Shown in pieces: positions 26,690 through 39,170 of a DNA stretch of 64,000 nucleotides. The first letter of the stretch is position 1, and every line of letters starts with the position of its first letter. The notes beneath the pieces were generated by a model. That model saw nothing but the letters and a program-made list of their open reading frames with translations. It was not told where the DNA came from and searched no databases. The translations under genes were made by a program, and so were the position numbers. Source of the DNA: Rhina ancylostomus (Eukaryota); the NCBI GenBank assembly GCA_030265395.1, contig JARFYF010000074.1, positions 89,531,459 to 89,595,458 on the forward strand, in the 5' to 3' direction.

Positions 26690-27170
26690 GCATCCATTGG
26701 GAGCCTCAGTGGGACAGTGTTGCCATTGACTCTGAGGAAGTGATCTGGGTGTCTGTGCAACATTGGTGGCAAACAGAACAATTAAAGGTTAAGAACCTGC
26801 CTGATAAGGATTCCAGTATTACATGGTATTGGGAGAATCTAGTAGTCCCAGAAGCTAGCTGTCCCTAATTGCTTCAGTTGCTCAGAGGGAAGCACTGGAC
26901 AAGTTCTTGAACAATGTTGCAAAGGGAGTGTTTCATGAGGAATGACCACATCCAATGGTGTGTCTGAAGTAGAAACTGGATTGGGATACAAGGACGACTC
27001 ATACTCAGACATGCCTGTTTAAATGTCCACAGTGATGCAAAGTCACCTGGAAATGGTTATTGTCACACTTCACAGGGGAAAAGATGCATTTTCAGTTGCA
27101 TAGTGCTGAGCAAAGCACCATTATGCAACTGAATTTCTAGGTACTCTGTCCATGGCTTTGGGACATGTGC
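26690..27170 (+). mobile_element. possible decayed Harbinger transposase fragments
   Basis: Patches resembling GxALPVAVK (SGTVLPLTL) and IMQVxARxPGSxHD (IMQLN..G..VHG) with frameshifts. Confidence 0.3.
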
Positions 27171-27394
27171 AAAAAATGGAATATTTTGGAGTAGTGGTTG
27201 TCAGACTTTTTTTCAGGCAACCCACTTCAACCAAGTAGTTCACCCATGCAACTCAGTAATAATAACAAGTTCTCTAGTCTGTGGACCTGTGTTTATTTAA
27301 CATTCCACAACTGATCTGACGATTGTATCCCCCACTTTGAAAACCAGTGCTCCAGAGGTACATATATTCAGTTGTACTTAGTTCCTCTAATGAG

Positions 27395-27990
27395 CAATTC
27401 CAATTTACTTGACATCTTGAGGAGGCAACAAGCTGGGTGGATGAGGGTAGTGCATTTGATGTAGGCAACATAGATTTTGTCAAGGCATTCAGCAAAGTCT
27501 GCAGAGTGACTTGGGAAGTAAAGTCCCATTGGGTCCATGAGAAAATTGCAAGTTGGAGAAAGGGTGGTTCCATTGAAAAAAGCAAAGGGGCATTGTCAAC
27601 AGGACTTTTAGTAATACAAGGGCTGTGTGCAATGGTGGTTCTAAATACCTTTTTGTGGTGTATATCAATAATTTCGGTTAAGAATTTTCAGGTGGGACCA
27701 AATTGGCAATGCGATTGATTGTAAGGAAGTAAGTTGTATGCTGCAAAATATCAGTGGACTGGTTAGGTATGCACAAAAGTGACAAATGGAATTACGTTTG
27801 GAGAACCATGAGGTAATGCATTTGGAGAAGGCAAACAAGTTAAAGTACACAATAACTTGTAAGATACTGAGAAACGTTAAAGAATAGAGGGATTTGGAAG
27901 TATAAGTAAGGATCAGGGCCTGTAGATAAGCTGAGTTAAGAAGATATTCATTAGGCAAAGTACAGTACATGAAAACGGAGGTTATGGTAG
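27395..27990 (+). mobile_element. decayed CR1 RT fragment
   Basis: VDEGSAFDVGNIDFVKAFSKV; gaggtaatgcatttgg (EVMHxG). Confidence 0.75.
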
Positions 27991-28062
27991 TGTCATGGTT
28001 CTGAGTTCTGGCCCTCAATTTGGCTCCATTAATGCCTTGTTGTCCAGCACATGGATTCCATG
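27991..28062 (+). mobile_element. 5' end of solo-LTR-like element, runs into gap
   Basis: tgtcatggttctgagttctggccctcaatttggctccattaatgccttgttgtccagcacatggattccat is near-identical to the reverse complement of 47291-47361. Confidence 0.85.
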
Positions 28063-28162
28063 NNNNNNNNNNNNNNNNNNNNNNNNNNNNNNNNNNNNNN
28101 NNNNNNNNNNNNNNNNNNNNNNNNNNNNNNNNNNNNNNNNNNNNNNNNNNNNNNNNNNNNNN

Positions 28163-31130
28163 ACTTTGATGGGATTACCTTTTCGCCTCTCCCCCCCCCC
28201 CCCACCGCCCCACCACCCAAATCGTCAGCAGGAATTAGAGGAGTATTGGAAAATCACAATTAGGTGTAGGAATAATAGGGATGTAATAGTATGTGATTTT
28301 AACTTCTCTAACATTGACTGGGACTACCTAGTACTAATAAATTAGGTCGGGCAGAATTTGTTAATTGTATCCAGGAAAGTGTTCTGAAGTGGTATGCAGA
28401 TGGCCCTCTTAAAAAATGAATCTGGGCAAGTGGTTGATATGTCGATGTGGGAGCACTTTGGGACCAGTGAACATAATTCTGTTAGTTTCATGATAGTCAT
28501 GGAAAAAGAATAGGAGTGGTCCCCAAGCTAAAGTGCAAAATCGGGGGGAATGCTAATTTTGATGGCAACGGATAGGAACTCTCAACAATTGATTGGGAGA
28601 TGCTGCCTCCAGGGAAAGAGACATCTGACAGGTTGGAGGCTTTTATAAGTGAGATATGAATTCAGGGCCAGCATGTTCTTGTTAGAGTAAAAGGCAAGGC
28701 TGGCAAGATTAGGGAACCTTAGTTGCTGAGGGACACTGAGGGTCTGGTCAGGGTAAAGAAGGAAGCTTATGTCAAATACTGGCATCTGGGATCAAGTGAG
28801 GCCCTTAAGAGCATAAAGGATGTAGGAGTACACCTAAGAAGGAAATTAGGAGGGCAAAAACAGGGGCAAGAGATAAAAAAACAAGATGCTGGAGGAACTC
28901 AGCAGGCCAGGAAGCATCTGTGGAGAAAAGCAGGCAGTCAACCTTTTGGGTCAGGACCCCTCTTCAGGACTGAAGATAGGAAAAGGGGAAGTCCNNNNNN
29001 NNNNNNNNNNNNNNNACAAAAGAGGGGAGGTGGGGTGGGCACAAGGTGGTGATAGGTAGATGCAGGTAAGAGATAGTGATAGGCAGGTGTGGGGGAGGAG
29101 AGGAGAGCAGACCCACCCGGGGATGGGTCACAGGTATGGAGGCAGGCATCCCATGGGGGAAGGGGAGGAGAGGAAAAAAGAAATAAGCAAGGAGAAAAAA
29201 GAGAAATAGGCTAGGAAATGGAAGAAAAGTAAAGAAGATGTTTGGTGGTGGGGGCGGTTAGTTTACTTAAAGTGGGAGAATTTGCTGTTCAGGCCATTAG
29301 GCTGTAAGGTCCCAAGATGGAAAATGAGGTGCTGTTTGGATGTCCCTAGCAGATAAGATAAAGAAGAATCCTATAAGATTCTATAATAAGTATATTTAGA
29401 GTAAAAGGGTAGCTAGGGGAGAGTAAGTCCACTTAAAGGTCCATGTGGTAATCTATGTGTGGACCCATGGAAAATAGGCAAGGTCTTAAATGAAAACTTC
29501 CATCTATATTTGCCAGGCAGAAGAACATGGAAGCATCTGTGTTCAAGGGAGGGAACAGTGAAATTTTGGACCATATCAACGTTTTGAAGGAGTAGGAGTT
29601 GGAGGTCCTGAAACGTATAAAGATAAATAAATCCCTGGGGCCTGACCAGGTGTATCCTGGGATGTTATGGGAAGCAAGGGAACAGATTTCTGGGGCCCTG
29701 GCAGAGGTTTTTATGTCTTTGCTAGCCACAGGAGAGGTACCGAAAGGTTGGATGATCGGTAATGTGCCTTTATTTAAGAAGGGTGGCAGGGAACTACAGG
29801 CCAGTCAAACATCAGTGATGAGAAAGTTCCTGAAAGGGATTCTGAGAGACAGGAGCTTTTTGCATTTGGAAAAGCAAGAACTGATTAGAAATAGCATGGA
29901 TTTGGGTGTGGATAATCACGTCTCACAAATATGATTTGAGTTATTTGAAGAGATGACCAAGAGGATTGATGATGTCAGGGCGGTAGACGTTGTCTACGTG
30001 GACTTTAGTATAGCATTTGACAAGGGTCTGCATGGTAGGCTGGTATGGGAGGTTGGAACACGTGGAATCCAGAGTGTGATAGCAAATTGAATACAAAATT
30101 GGCTTGGTGGGACCAGGCAGAGGGCAGTAGTGGGGGTTGTTTGTCATACTGGAGGCCTGTGACCAGTGATGTGCTGTAGGGATCAGTGATGAGTCCTCTG
30201 TTGTTCAGTATATACATTAATGGTTTGGATGAGAATGTGGGTGGCATGAGTAGTAAGTTTGCAGATGACACCAAAGCTGGTGGTACAGAGGTCAGTGATG
30301 AAGGTTGTCTAAGACTACAACAGGATCCAGATCAACTGGGAAAGTGGACAAAGGAACAGCAGATGGAATTTAACTCAGACAAGTGCAAAGTGACGCATGT
30401 TGTGAAGTTAGACCAGGGCAGGGCATACAAACTGAATGGCAGGGCCCTGGGGAGTATTGTTGAACAGAGAGATCTGGAGATACAAGTACATAGTTCCCTG
30501 AAAGTGGCAACATTGGTGGACAGAGCAGTATGGAAGGTGTACGACATGCTTGCCTTTATCGGGCGGGGCATTGAGTATGAGAGTTGGGATGCCGTGTTAC
30601 AGTTGTACAAAACGCTGGTTAGGCTGCACTTGGAATATTGTGTGCAGTTCTGTTCACCACACTACAGGAAATATATGATTAAGCAGAAAGCAAGGATGTT
30701 GCCTGGATTAGAGGGCTTGAGTTCTGAAGAGAAATTGGATCGGTGTAGGAGCCTGAAAGGTGGCATGATAGAGGTATATACAATTTTGAGAGGCATAGAA
30801 AGGGTAGATAGGCAGAGTTTCCCTTGGTAGAAGTGTCTAAAACTAAAGGGCATAGACTTAAGTAGGAGGGGAAAGATTTAAAGGGGATCTGAGGGATACA
30901 TTTTTCACACAAAGAGTAGTTGGTATCTGGAATGAGCTGCCAGAGGAGGTGGTGGAGGCAGGAACAGTAACAACACTTAAGAGCATTTGGACAGGAACTT
31001 GAATGAGCAAGGCATAGGGGGATGTGGAATTAATGCAGGCAAGTGGGATCGGTACAGATAGGCACAATGGTCGGCATGGAAATAGTGGGCCGAAGGGCCT
31101 GTTTCTATGCTGTACAACTCTATGACTCTA
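28163..31130 (+). mobile_element. CR1/HER1 LINE, most of ORF2 (APE end + RT), disrupted
   Basis: CDFNFSNIDWD, KSLGPDQVYPGMLWEA, VYVDFSIAFDK, SPLLFSIYINGLD, KFADDTK, LVRLHLEYCVQF; tail gggccgaagggcctgtttctatgctgtacaactctatgactcta. Confidence 0.95.
28876..29340 (-). mobile_element. Penelope-like element 3' end inserted in the CR1
   Basis: Reverse strand QHLIFHLGTLQPNGLNSKFSHFK* (GIY-YIG C-terminus), pyrimidine-rich spacer, pseudo-LTR gatgctggaggaactcagcagg. Confidence 0.85.
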
Positions 31131-32359
31131 AGTTAAAAATAGGTAAAAAGACAAGAATGATGAAAGCCTAAGCTGTAAAATTAATAGCTTTAAGAATGCT
31201 AAGTGTGCTTTAAATCCCAAAGTGTTGAATCTGGCAATCATGCCAAGTCTTACACTTTTAAGTTAGTTTAAGTAATGTCATTCTCTAACACATGCTTATG
31301 TACGGCTTCTGCCAAATCATTGTCCTGGACAATATGAATTTCGAAGAGAAGAAAGGAAAGTAGTTCAGGAAATGACTGCATTTTCCTGTTGCACTTATAG
31401 TCTACAGTATTTCCTGTGTTGTTGACCTAGTCTTTCCAAGTTACCAAGAAACCTGATCCAAACTTCAAACTCCAAAATCAATAAATAGATAAACAAAAAG
31501 TAAAAAATTGTCTATCCAGCAAGATGCATTTTATTTCTTAATGTATCTGCATTTATTTATAAAGTTCAAGTCCTATACTTATAGTTGTTCTGTACTGGGA
31601 AGGGCACACAGACTGGGAGATGGTCGACAGGCCAGTTTATTGCTAGAGGGTGCTGCAACAAAATTCTGTCATGCATAAGACCTTAAGCCTTATCAGAGTG
31701 AGTGGAACTGGTCAGATTGGAGGTTGGCCATAGATCAGCAGTGGCACACAGTTGTTCCACTAGAGGGAAGCTTGGTTGAGTTGCATGGTGTATAAGTCAG
31801 GAGGGTGGACTAGGATCTTGAGGATTGCATCAGGGCATTAGTGGGGTGGGGGGGGGGNNNNNNNNNNNNNNNNNAAAGTTGTGATTGGATGTGGAGTTGG
31901 TGTCGAGATGCGACGCTGGTTGTTGATGTTGTTGTTGTTATTGTTGACTAGGAAACTTCAAGGGAAGCCCACTGTAGGGGGTAAAATTTTAACTCCCTGC
32001 TTCAGGTCCCCAGCACTAGACTCCAGTGTGTCAGCTGCTAAAACAAGTCCCCTTTAAGCATCGTCAAAACAGACCTATATTCATTATGAGGGCCTACTTC
32101 CATGTAAGTGGTCTGGACCATCTAAAGGGCATTTAGTAGCCTGTATGTGCAAGTACACCAAAATCACAGGGGACAAACAATGTTGCAAACCAATAAGCAT
32201 GCACTGAGTGATCCCAGAAAATTGTAGCACATGGCAGACAAAAACATCGCACGCATTCTTCATTCAATCAAGATATTCCTAAGTATTTAGAATCAATGAA
32301 CCCCTTTTGGTGCAGTTCCTGTTGAAGAACAGGTAATTTGCATTTGATTCCATCCCAGT

Positions 32360-32585
32360 GAATCACATGGCCAGGTCACAAATTGCTTTGATGTCACTTG
32401 AGGGATTAATATTGGTTAAAGAGAATGTTCCTGTTCTACTGTGAATGAAATCTCTTAAATTGATCTGAGAGTGCAGATGTACCCCTAAGGTTATTGTCTC
32501 ATCAGAAAAACAGCTCTCTGATAGCACTCTGGCTTCTGTGCTCAAGATCTTGAAGTGGGACTGAAATCCCTAACTTCCAGTCTTC
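32360..32585 (-). mobile_element. Deu-type SINE
   Basis: ttgagggattaatattggtt...tcatcagaaaaacagctctctgatagcact...tgtgctcaagatcttgaagtgggactgaaatccctaacttc. Confidence 0.6.
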
Positions 32586-32719
32586 CACACCAGAAAAGCA
32601 TTCTGTGATGGGAAGACAAAGTAACACAGCTTCCCAGAACTGAGAAGTCAAAGCCGATGAAGAGGATCATTACTGGAAAACTGTTGGTGAGCACGGGAAC
32701 CACAGACCATCAGTGCAAT

Positions 32720-32975
32720 GTTTCCCAGGATCAAGACCCTCTCACATACCCTTCCTCTTCATCACTACCCTCGCCAGGATCAGGAGAGCACCCATATATA
32801 TCTCGATCTCACCATCCCCAGGATTGGGACAACGTACATACCCCTCACCATCAACCCCATGTTCAGGGATTGGGACAACCCACAAACTGCTCACCATCAT
32901 GTCCATGTTCACCAGTATTGAGACCACCCACATACCCTTCACCAAGCTCCCTGAGATCAAGACCCACTCCTCATC
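32720..32975. repeat. degenerate ~45-bp C-rich tandem array
   Basis: Recurrent ccaggat(c/t)(a/g)(a/g)gac...cacataccc(t/c)tcacca units, about six. Confidence 0.65.
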
Positions 32976-34609
32976 GTCAACCTTTACCCCTACCCCTAGC
33001 ATCTGGAGGCTTATTGCTCTTGTTCCCTACTAACTCTCATAGATCAACTTCCCTGCCCAAATGGCCTCTAAGCCTATCAATCATAATGCTTGTGATCAAA
33101 AAGCTGACAGAAACAAAATTAAAGACATACAGTACTATGGTTAAAAACTTCAGTTCATTCAGGAAAGCCCTACTTCTGGGCTTCCTGTCCTCAAAACAGC
33201 ATTCCCACATTCCTGCAGGCTAAAACCTAGACCTTAGTGTGTGGTTTAATTGCTCCAGGATTGGATACTGCTAAAATACACCCGGTCATTGATAAAATTG
33301 TCATTAATTGGGATTTGGCACATATTTTGCTATATATGATAAAAGATATAAGATACAGATATTTGCTCATAGAAAAATGCTTTTGCTTATTAGCTTGTAA
33401 GGAAGATCATTATATAATTAATAANNNNNNNNNNNNNNNNNNNNNNNNNNNNNNNNNNNNNNNNNNNNNNNNNNNNNNNNNNNNNNNNNNNNNNNNNNNN
33501 NNNNNNNNNNNNNNNNNNNNNNNNGCTTGTCAGGAAGATCATTCTCTAATTAATCATTTGCACCAATTCCACTAAATGCAAGAAAATATCCATTCTGCTT
33601 TTCCTCTTTAAGGTAATAGGCTATTTCACATTGCACCCTGCAACACCTGGCAATATATGCAGTGTTCGATAGGGTTTGCTTCACTTTCAAAATTACATCT
33701 CAAGCAATGCTTGAAACGCTGCGGCTTGGTTCACACAAAACTATCTATTACTGTGCATTCTACTTTATGCAATATCATCTGCAATTCAGATCCAATTTCA
33801 ATGAGTAAAATAATCACTGTTATTACAATCAGGTGTTCATAGGATCCGGGTGAGTTTTCTTCCACAAATACAATGACCAAATGCCAGAATGACCGCTGTA
33901 TTGAAACTGAATACATTGCAAACATTTAGGTAGATTCCCATTCCTGCTCTTGGTCTCCTTGAACTTCTGCCTCATGCTCGTCTGGGATGTGTATTCTTAC
34001 TATCCAGTAATCACTTTGACAGAAAAAATGAATTCAATGACAAATTTTTCATTTACAGAAATGTCCTTTATTAATACTGTTGCTTAGTTTGTGTGGGGTA
34101 GCTCTAACAAACAGGGAAATGTGTCTGATCATCAAAGTCAGAGAGAAAGAAATGAATCACATCAGGATTTCAAGAAGAGCTATCTTTTAAAACTGCGTAA
34201 TCCCTTAATGGATGATTGAAGACCATTCACCCAAAACACTGTTTCCATGTGTTCCATATACCAACAGATGATATGTATCCTGAACTAGCAAAGACAGATA
34301 TCTGAAAGTGTTCAGATACGTGGTGATGATCACCAAAAACATGCCATCTGGAAGGATGAAGATCTTTCATCGATGACCTTATGAATAAGTTAACATCTTC
34401 ATTACAGTGAATAACAGTTTTGTAATGGATCAGTAACTACATAATTGGTTTTCTCATTTGATGTCTACGTACTTGCTTTATGTTCCTGGTTGTAATATGT
34501 GCCAATACCCAAGTGTGACCAGAACCCTTGCAGTCTTACTGTAAGCATGCAACTTGGATAACTGGAGCAGTCAGACTTCCTGGTGGTACAACAGAGGCTT
34601 TGTCAGCTG

Positions 34610-34790
34610 TAAAACAAACTGTTAGAGGAATCTGTGCAGGCAAAGTGATGGTGGACATTTTGCAATACAGGGTCTCGACTCAAAATGGCGACCATTCTTC
34701 TGCCTCCACAGATGCTGCCTGACCCACTGAATTCATCCAGCAGTTTGTCTTTTGCTCCAGATTCCAGCATCTGCAGCCCCTTATGTCTCC
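34610..34790 (+). mobile_element. Penelope-repeat/MER6-like hairpin element
   Basis: cagggtctcgactcaaaatggcgac...cacagatgctgcctgacccactgaattcatccagc...gattccagcatctgcag. Confidence 0.75.
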
Positions 34791-35739
34791 TTTATTAGTT
34801 CAAGTTCTGATTTCGGTTTAAAGAAACGGATATTTCAGAGAATCAATTCCTGAATTTGAAATGATTCAAAAACTCATTCCAACAGGAGGCAGGAACCAAC
34901 ATTCTACCAGTAAGCTTAACAGCTTGGAACCCCAGCAATTAAGCTACAACAAAGCTGAGGAAAATGAATATGCCACAGAGAGAGCCGCTAGTTTGCAAAG
35001 TTTTCAATATATAGTGTACATAAGTTTCATATGCAGTTTCTGAAATATAAAATAAAACTATTTAGTGTAAACACTGGGAAGTTGATACTGTCATTGATTG
35101 GTATTATGAGGATGTAGGAATTGTGATATTATTCCTTATAATGGAGTAGTCTCATGTGATAGGAAGAGAAGGTGAGACAGATTTTATTTCCAGTGTGTTA
35201 CAGGGAAACAGTACATATTGTATGTATTATAGTACAATACAACTGCACAGCACAACATCCTGCTCCATATCTCTCTCAAGGTTCACAAATTGGTGAAGAC
35301 AGATTTCCTGTTATTGTTGCCATTTGGTTATCATCAACTGTTTGGCTAGGAAATTAGAGAAGAAATTAATGCGTTTTGGCCTACACTTACATTTTTAACT
35401 GAGATTTTAAAAAAAAGTACAAGAAGTTATTCATCCAGAACTTGCCCATTTCACAGTGTTGTAATTAAGCCTTGAAATGATTAGCAAAATCAATTTTACC
35501 AAATGAAAGCAAATAAGAAAATTATAAGACATGAAAGTTTTGAGGAAATGTTGCCTTTCCTGTTGATTTTTTTAATGAGATTATNNNNNNNNNNNNNNNN
35601 NNNNNNNNNNNNNNNNNNNNNNNNNNNNNNNNNNNNNNNNNNNNNNNNNNNNNNNNNNNNNNNNNNNNNNNNNNNNNNNNNNNNTTATGTTATGGACTCT
35701 GAACATGAAGAACACAGTCTATTTAATGCTTAAGCATTA

Positions 35740-36100
35740 ACCTGTCTCTGTGCCTCTGATGCAGAAGATTGTGGAGTCAAATCCCAAATCAGAAATTGAG
35801 CACGTAAACTTAAGTAGCACGTTAATGTTATACCAAAGAAACACCATCTTCTGAATAAGAAAAAGGTGTAAATAATCCTATGGTATTATACAAGGACCAA
35901 GGAGATTATGCTACAACTGTTGAATATTTATCTCTTAACACTACCAACAGTGATCAGCTTGTCAGTTATGCCATTACTGTTTGTAGAATTTGCAATGTGC
36001 AGATTGGATGCTAGATTTATCTACATAATTGCAGTAAATATACTACAAAAGTAAATAACTGAGGGTCTGATAATATGAGAGGACACATATAACTGTCATT
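35740..36100 (+). mobile_element. Deu-type SINE, decayed
   Basis: gcctctgatgcagaagattgtggagtcaaatccca head; aatatttatctctt; ttactgtttgtagaatttgcaatgtgcagattggatgc. Confidence 0.55.
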
Positions 36101-36444
36101 TTTTGTGTTATTTCTGTATCTCATGTGGTATTTAAAGGTGCTATGTGATTACTAGAGGATTACTTTGTGGGATCATTATCACCTAGAATTGCAAAATTTT
36201 GCAGAAAAATGTATTGTTATAATGCTCGGTGCCACTTTATTTATTAATGCCCACCTGTGTATTTCTAGCATATTGTTCTGAAGCCTAGTTTCTAATTTGA
36301 AGCAGTTTAGCTCTAGTTTACTCCGCTGGCAGTGAAGGTCAAACNNNNNNNNNNNNNNNNNNNNNNNNNNNNNNNNNNNNNNNNNNNNNNNNNNNNNNNN
36401 NNNNNNNNNNNNNNNNNNNNNNNNNNNNNNNNNNNNNNNNNNNN

Positions 36445-36570
36445 GCATCCGTGGGGGGAGAGAAATTGTCAACGTTTGGGTTGAAACCTCGCATTTGGCA
36501 ATTCCTTTCCTCCTACAGATGCTGCTTGACCCCCTGAGTTCCTCCAGGAGATTGTCTGTGTTCTAGAACC
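36445..36570. mobile_element. Penelope-repeat/MER6-like hairpin, centre deleted
   Basis: aattgtcaacgtttgggttgaaacctcgcat joined to caattcctttcctcctacagatgctgcttgaccccctgagttcctccag. Confidence 0.75.
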
Positions 36571-37892
36571 TTGCTGGCTCTGATATGTAGCTCCTTCTGA
36601 TGTACTCCTGACTTTCACAACTTCCCATGACAATGGCAAATGCATCCTTTGTACCTTTTGAAGTGACCTATCGGCAGGTGATGAGTGCAAGTTGTAAAGA
36701 TGGCAAACTACTGGCATTGGTAATTCTGTCAGTGTTGTAGACCACAACCAGAATTGTACATTGAGACTTGCTTTGTTCTGTTGGCAGACCAGTCAAGTTA
36801 CTGCGTACTGAAACAGGTCTCCTGTGGAGGCGATCAGAGCTTTGCCCTCTTCTTTCACCATGAGGTGAGCCAGACCCAGCAAAGGCATACTCTCAAAATG
36901 TTTCAAGCGTGTTGCTGCTTCATGACGTGAAGACAGAAGGGTTGGAGGGGATTGTGGGAGCATGGTGAATAAACGCCACTCTCAGGGCCCACTCCAATGT
37001 CTCCTTGACCAGGTGGCTTGCTAAACCGCACCACAGGGCACATTAAGATGGGGGCCACAGTCAGGTATAAGGTTGCCAGAGCAAGGAAGCAGGTCTCCCT
37101 CCCTAAACAATGTTATTTGGGTTTCTAGATGATCTATGAATGTAATTTTTTAATATTATAATTAATATTTCCCAGCTATTGCCCCACAGTTACTTGCCNN
37201 NNNNNNNNTTATAATTAATAAAACTTCTCTATTGCTTGTGGTGGGGATTCGAATTCACTTTCTGTGGATTATTAGACGATTTGATCATTGTTTGCAACAC
37301 CAACAGGTTAATCAATAACATACCTAATTTGCTATTTGTGGGATCTTGCTGTGCACAGATTTGACTTGCATGCTCATCCAGGTGACAACAGTGACCAAAT
37401 TTTTTTAAAAATGTGCTCTGTTAAATGTAAAATGTATGGGGTTGTCATCATGCCTAGAAGACGTAAGATAAATTTGTGTCTTATTTGTCTGTCTGTCGGT
37501 GGATAGGTTTCGTTTAATTTGGCATCATGGTCAGCACAGACATTGTGGGCCGAAGGGCCTATTCCTGTGCTGTACTGTTCTATGTTCTCTGAGCTGTGAT
37601 GCAGTGTTGTGTGGGTCAGGGATTGATTCAGGGGAGTGTGCAAGGTAATGGGGAGCTAGCAGCTACATGAGACACTTCACCCCTCACCCTACCCCAGTGG
37701 TTAACATGGGGTTATGGACATGGGCATTATTTTGGACCATGATATTTGAACATCCAAAAGCTGAACTGTGCAGGCTCATATTTAACTTAGTTAATGGAAC
37801 CTGGACCTCTTGATGAATAGACACTTCACCTTGCCACTCATTATAATCCAAGTATGCCAAAAGTGGCATTGACCTCGATGGTATAATCATAG

Positions 37893-37988
37893 TTGTGTGA
37901 CTGTGTTTGTGTGTTTGTTACTATGTTTGTGTGTGCGAGAATGTGTGTGAGTGCATTTGTGTGCCTTGTGTGTTGGTGTGTTTGGGCA

Positions 37989-38041
<53 letters not shown>

Positions 38042-38320
38042 CTCATTGAGTGAGAGTGTAAGAGTGTGTTTATGTGTGTAGTGTGAGAGTGTATGAGGGC
38101 GGAGGTGTGTACGAATGTGCTTGTGTGCCCATGTTTGCTTGTATGGATGAGTGTTGTGAATGTTTATGTGTGAAGGAGAGGGTGTGTGAGGATGGAAGTG
38201 TGTGAATGTGTTTGAGAGTATGCAAGAGTGTGTTTGCATGTGTGAGTTTGATTTTATCCATGAGTGTTGTGTGCCTGGGTGTGTTTGTGGGTGTGAGAGT
38301 GAGTGTGCCACACAGTGTTT
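37893..38320. repeat. (TG)n microsatellite (~37993-38037) within degenerate TG-rich tract
   Basis: Pure gt run of ~22 units, flanked by TG-rich low-complexity sequence. Confidence 0.95.
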
Positions 38321-38513
38321 ATGAGATTGGTAGACTGCCTGCCATCTTTGCCAAAACTCAAAAATTCCTTTTGTTTTCGCTTCATCTCCCCTTTTTGGCA
38401 ACAGATAAATCTACCATAAAACAGCAAGGGATTTCTGTCCCATTCTGAATGCCAGTCATTTGAAGCATATTCTCCCTGAACCTCCCTTCAACTGCTTTAT
38501 TTCTCTTTCACAG

Positions 38514-38626
38514 AACTCACAAGTCCCTGATGACTTCCGCTGCTTGGATCCTTTAAGACGTGTCAGAATCATTAACAATAGCAACAATAGGTGGCTACTC
38601 AGCCTTTCGGGAAAGGATGTGCTTAA
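38514..38626 (+). CDS. candidate internal exon of unidentified gene (phase 0 to 2)
   Basis: Acceptor tttatttctctttcacag, donor taa|gtaagt; only one open frame: NSQVPDDFRCLDPLRRVRIINNSNNRWLLSLSGKDVL. Confidence 0.3.
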
Positions 38627-39074
38627 GTAAGTCATGGATCCAGTTTTGATTACAATTGACAAATATCTGAGTTTTAGGTTTGACTCACTAATCTCAAATG
38701 CCTAAAAGAACAGCATGCTTCCTGCTGTGAAGCATTTCCAAGCGCTGTCTGACCTTTTCTCTGGTTTTCTGTATCATTCCCCTGACTGAGTTCACCTTGC
38801 CCCAGGCTCCCGTCAGTGCTATACTCCTGTCACCATGGGAGACCTGTGACATTCCTTGGAATGCACCTAGGATTGCAGGTTTAACTGCTTCCTTGTAAGT
38901 CTTTGTCAATTTTCTACTTTCAGGATTCAATTTAATCTAACTCAAGGAATATGTTCAGGAGTTCTACGAATCTACTGCGGATACAGTAAATTGGTTATAA
39001 GTACCAAATATTTATTAGATTATTTGCATCTATTACAACGAGATAACATTCAATAAAGACGCTAGTTACAATCT

Positions 39075-39170
39075 CACACAAAGTGCTGGAGGAACTCAGC
39101 AGGTCAGGCAGCATCTATGGAGGTAAATAAACAGTCAACATTTTGGGTCGAGACCCTTCATCAGGACTGT
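39075..39170 (-). mobile_element. Penelope pseudo-LTR with minimal hammerhead-like motif
   Basis: gtgctggaggaactcagcaggtcaggcagcatct; reverse complement of 39131-39170 is acagtc-ctgatga-agggtctcgaccc-aaaa-tgtt-gactgt. Confidence 0.8.

Noticed and set aside
30186-30830. Longest ORF (214 aa) as a host gene
   Set aside because: It is CR1 reverse transcriptase (KFADDTK) within a stop- and frameshift-disrupted LINE
37841-38401. 186-aa His/Thr-rich ORF
   Set aside because: Translation of a (CA)n and CA-rich low-complexity tract
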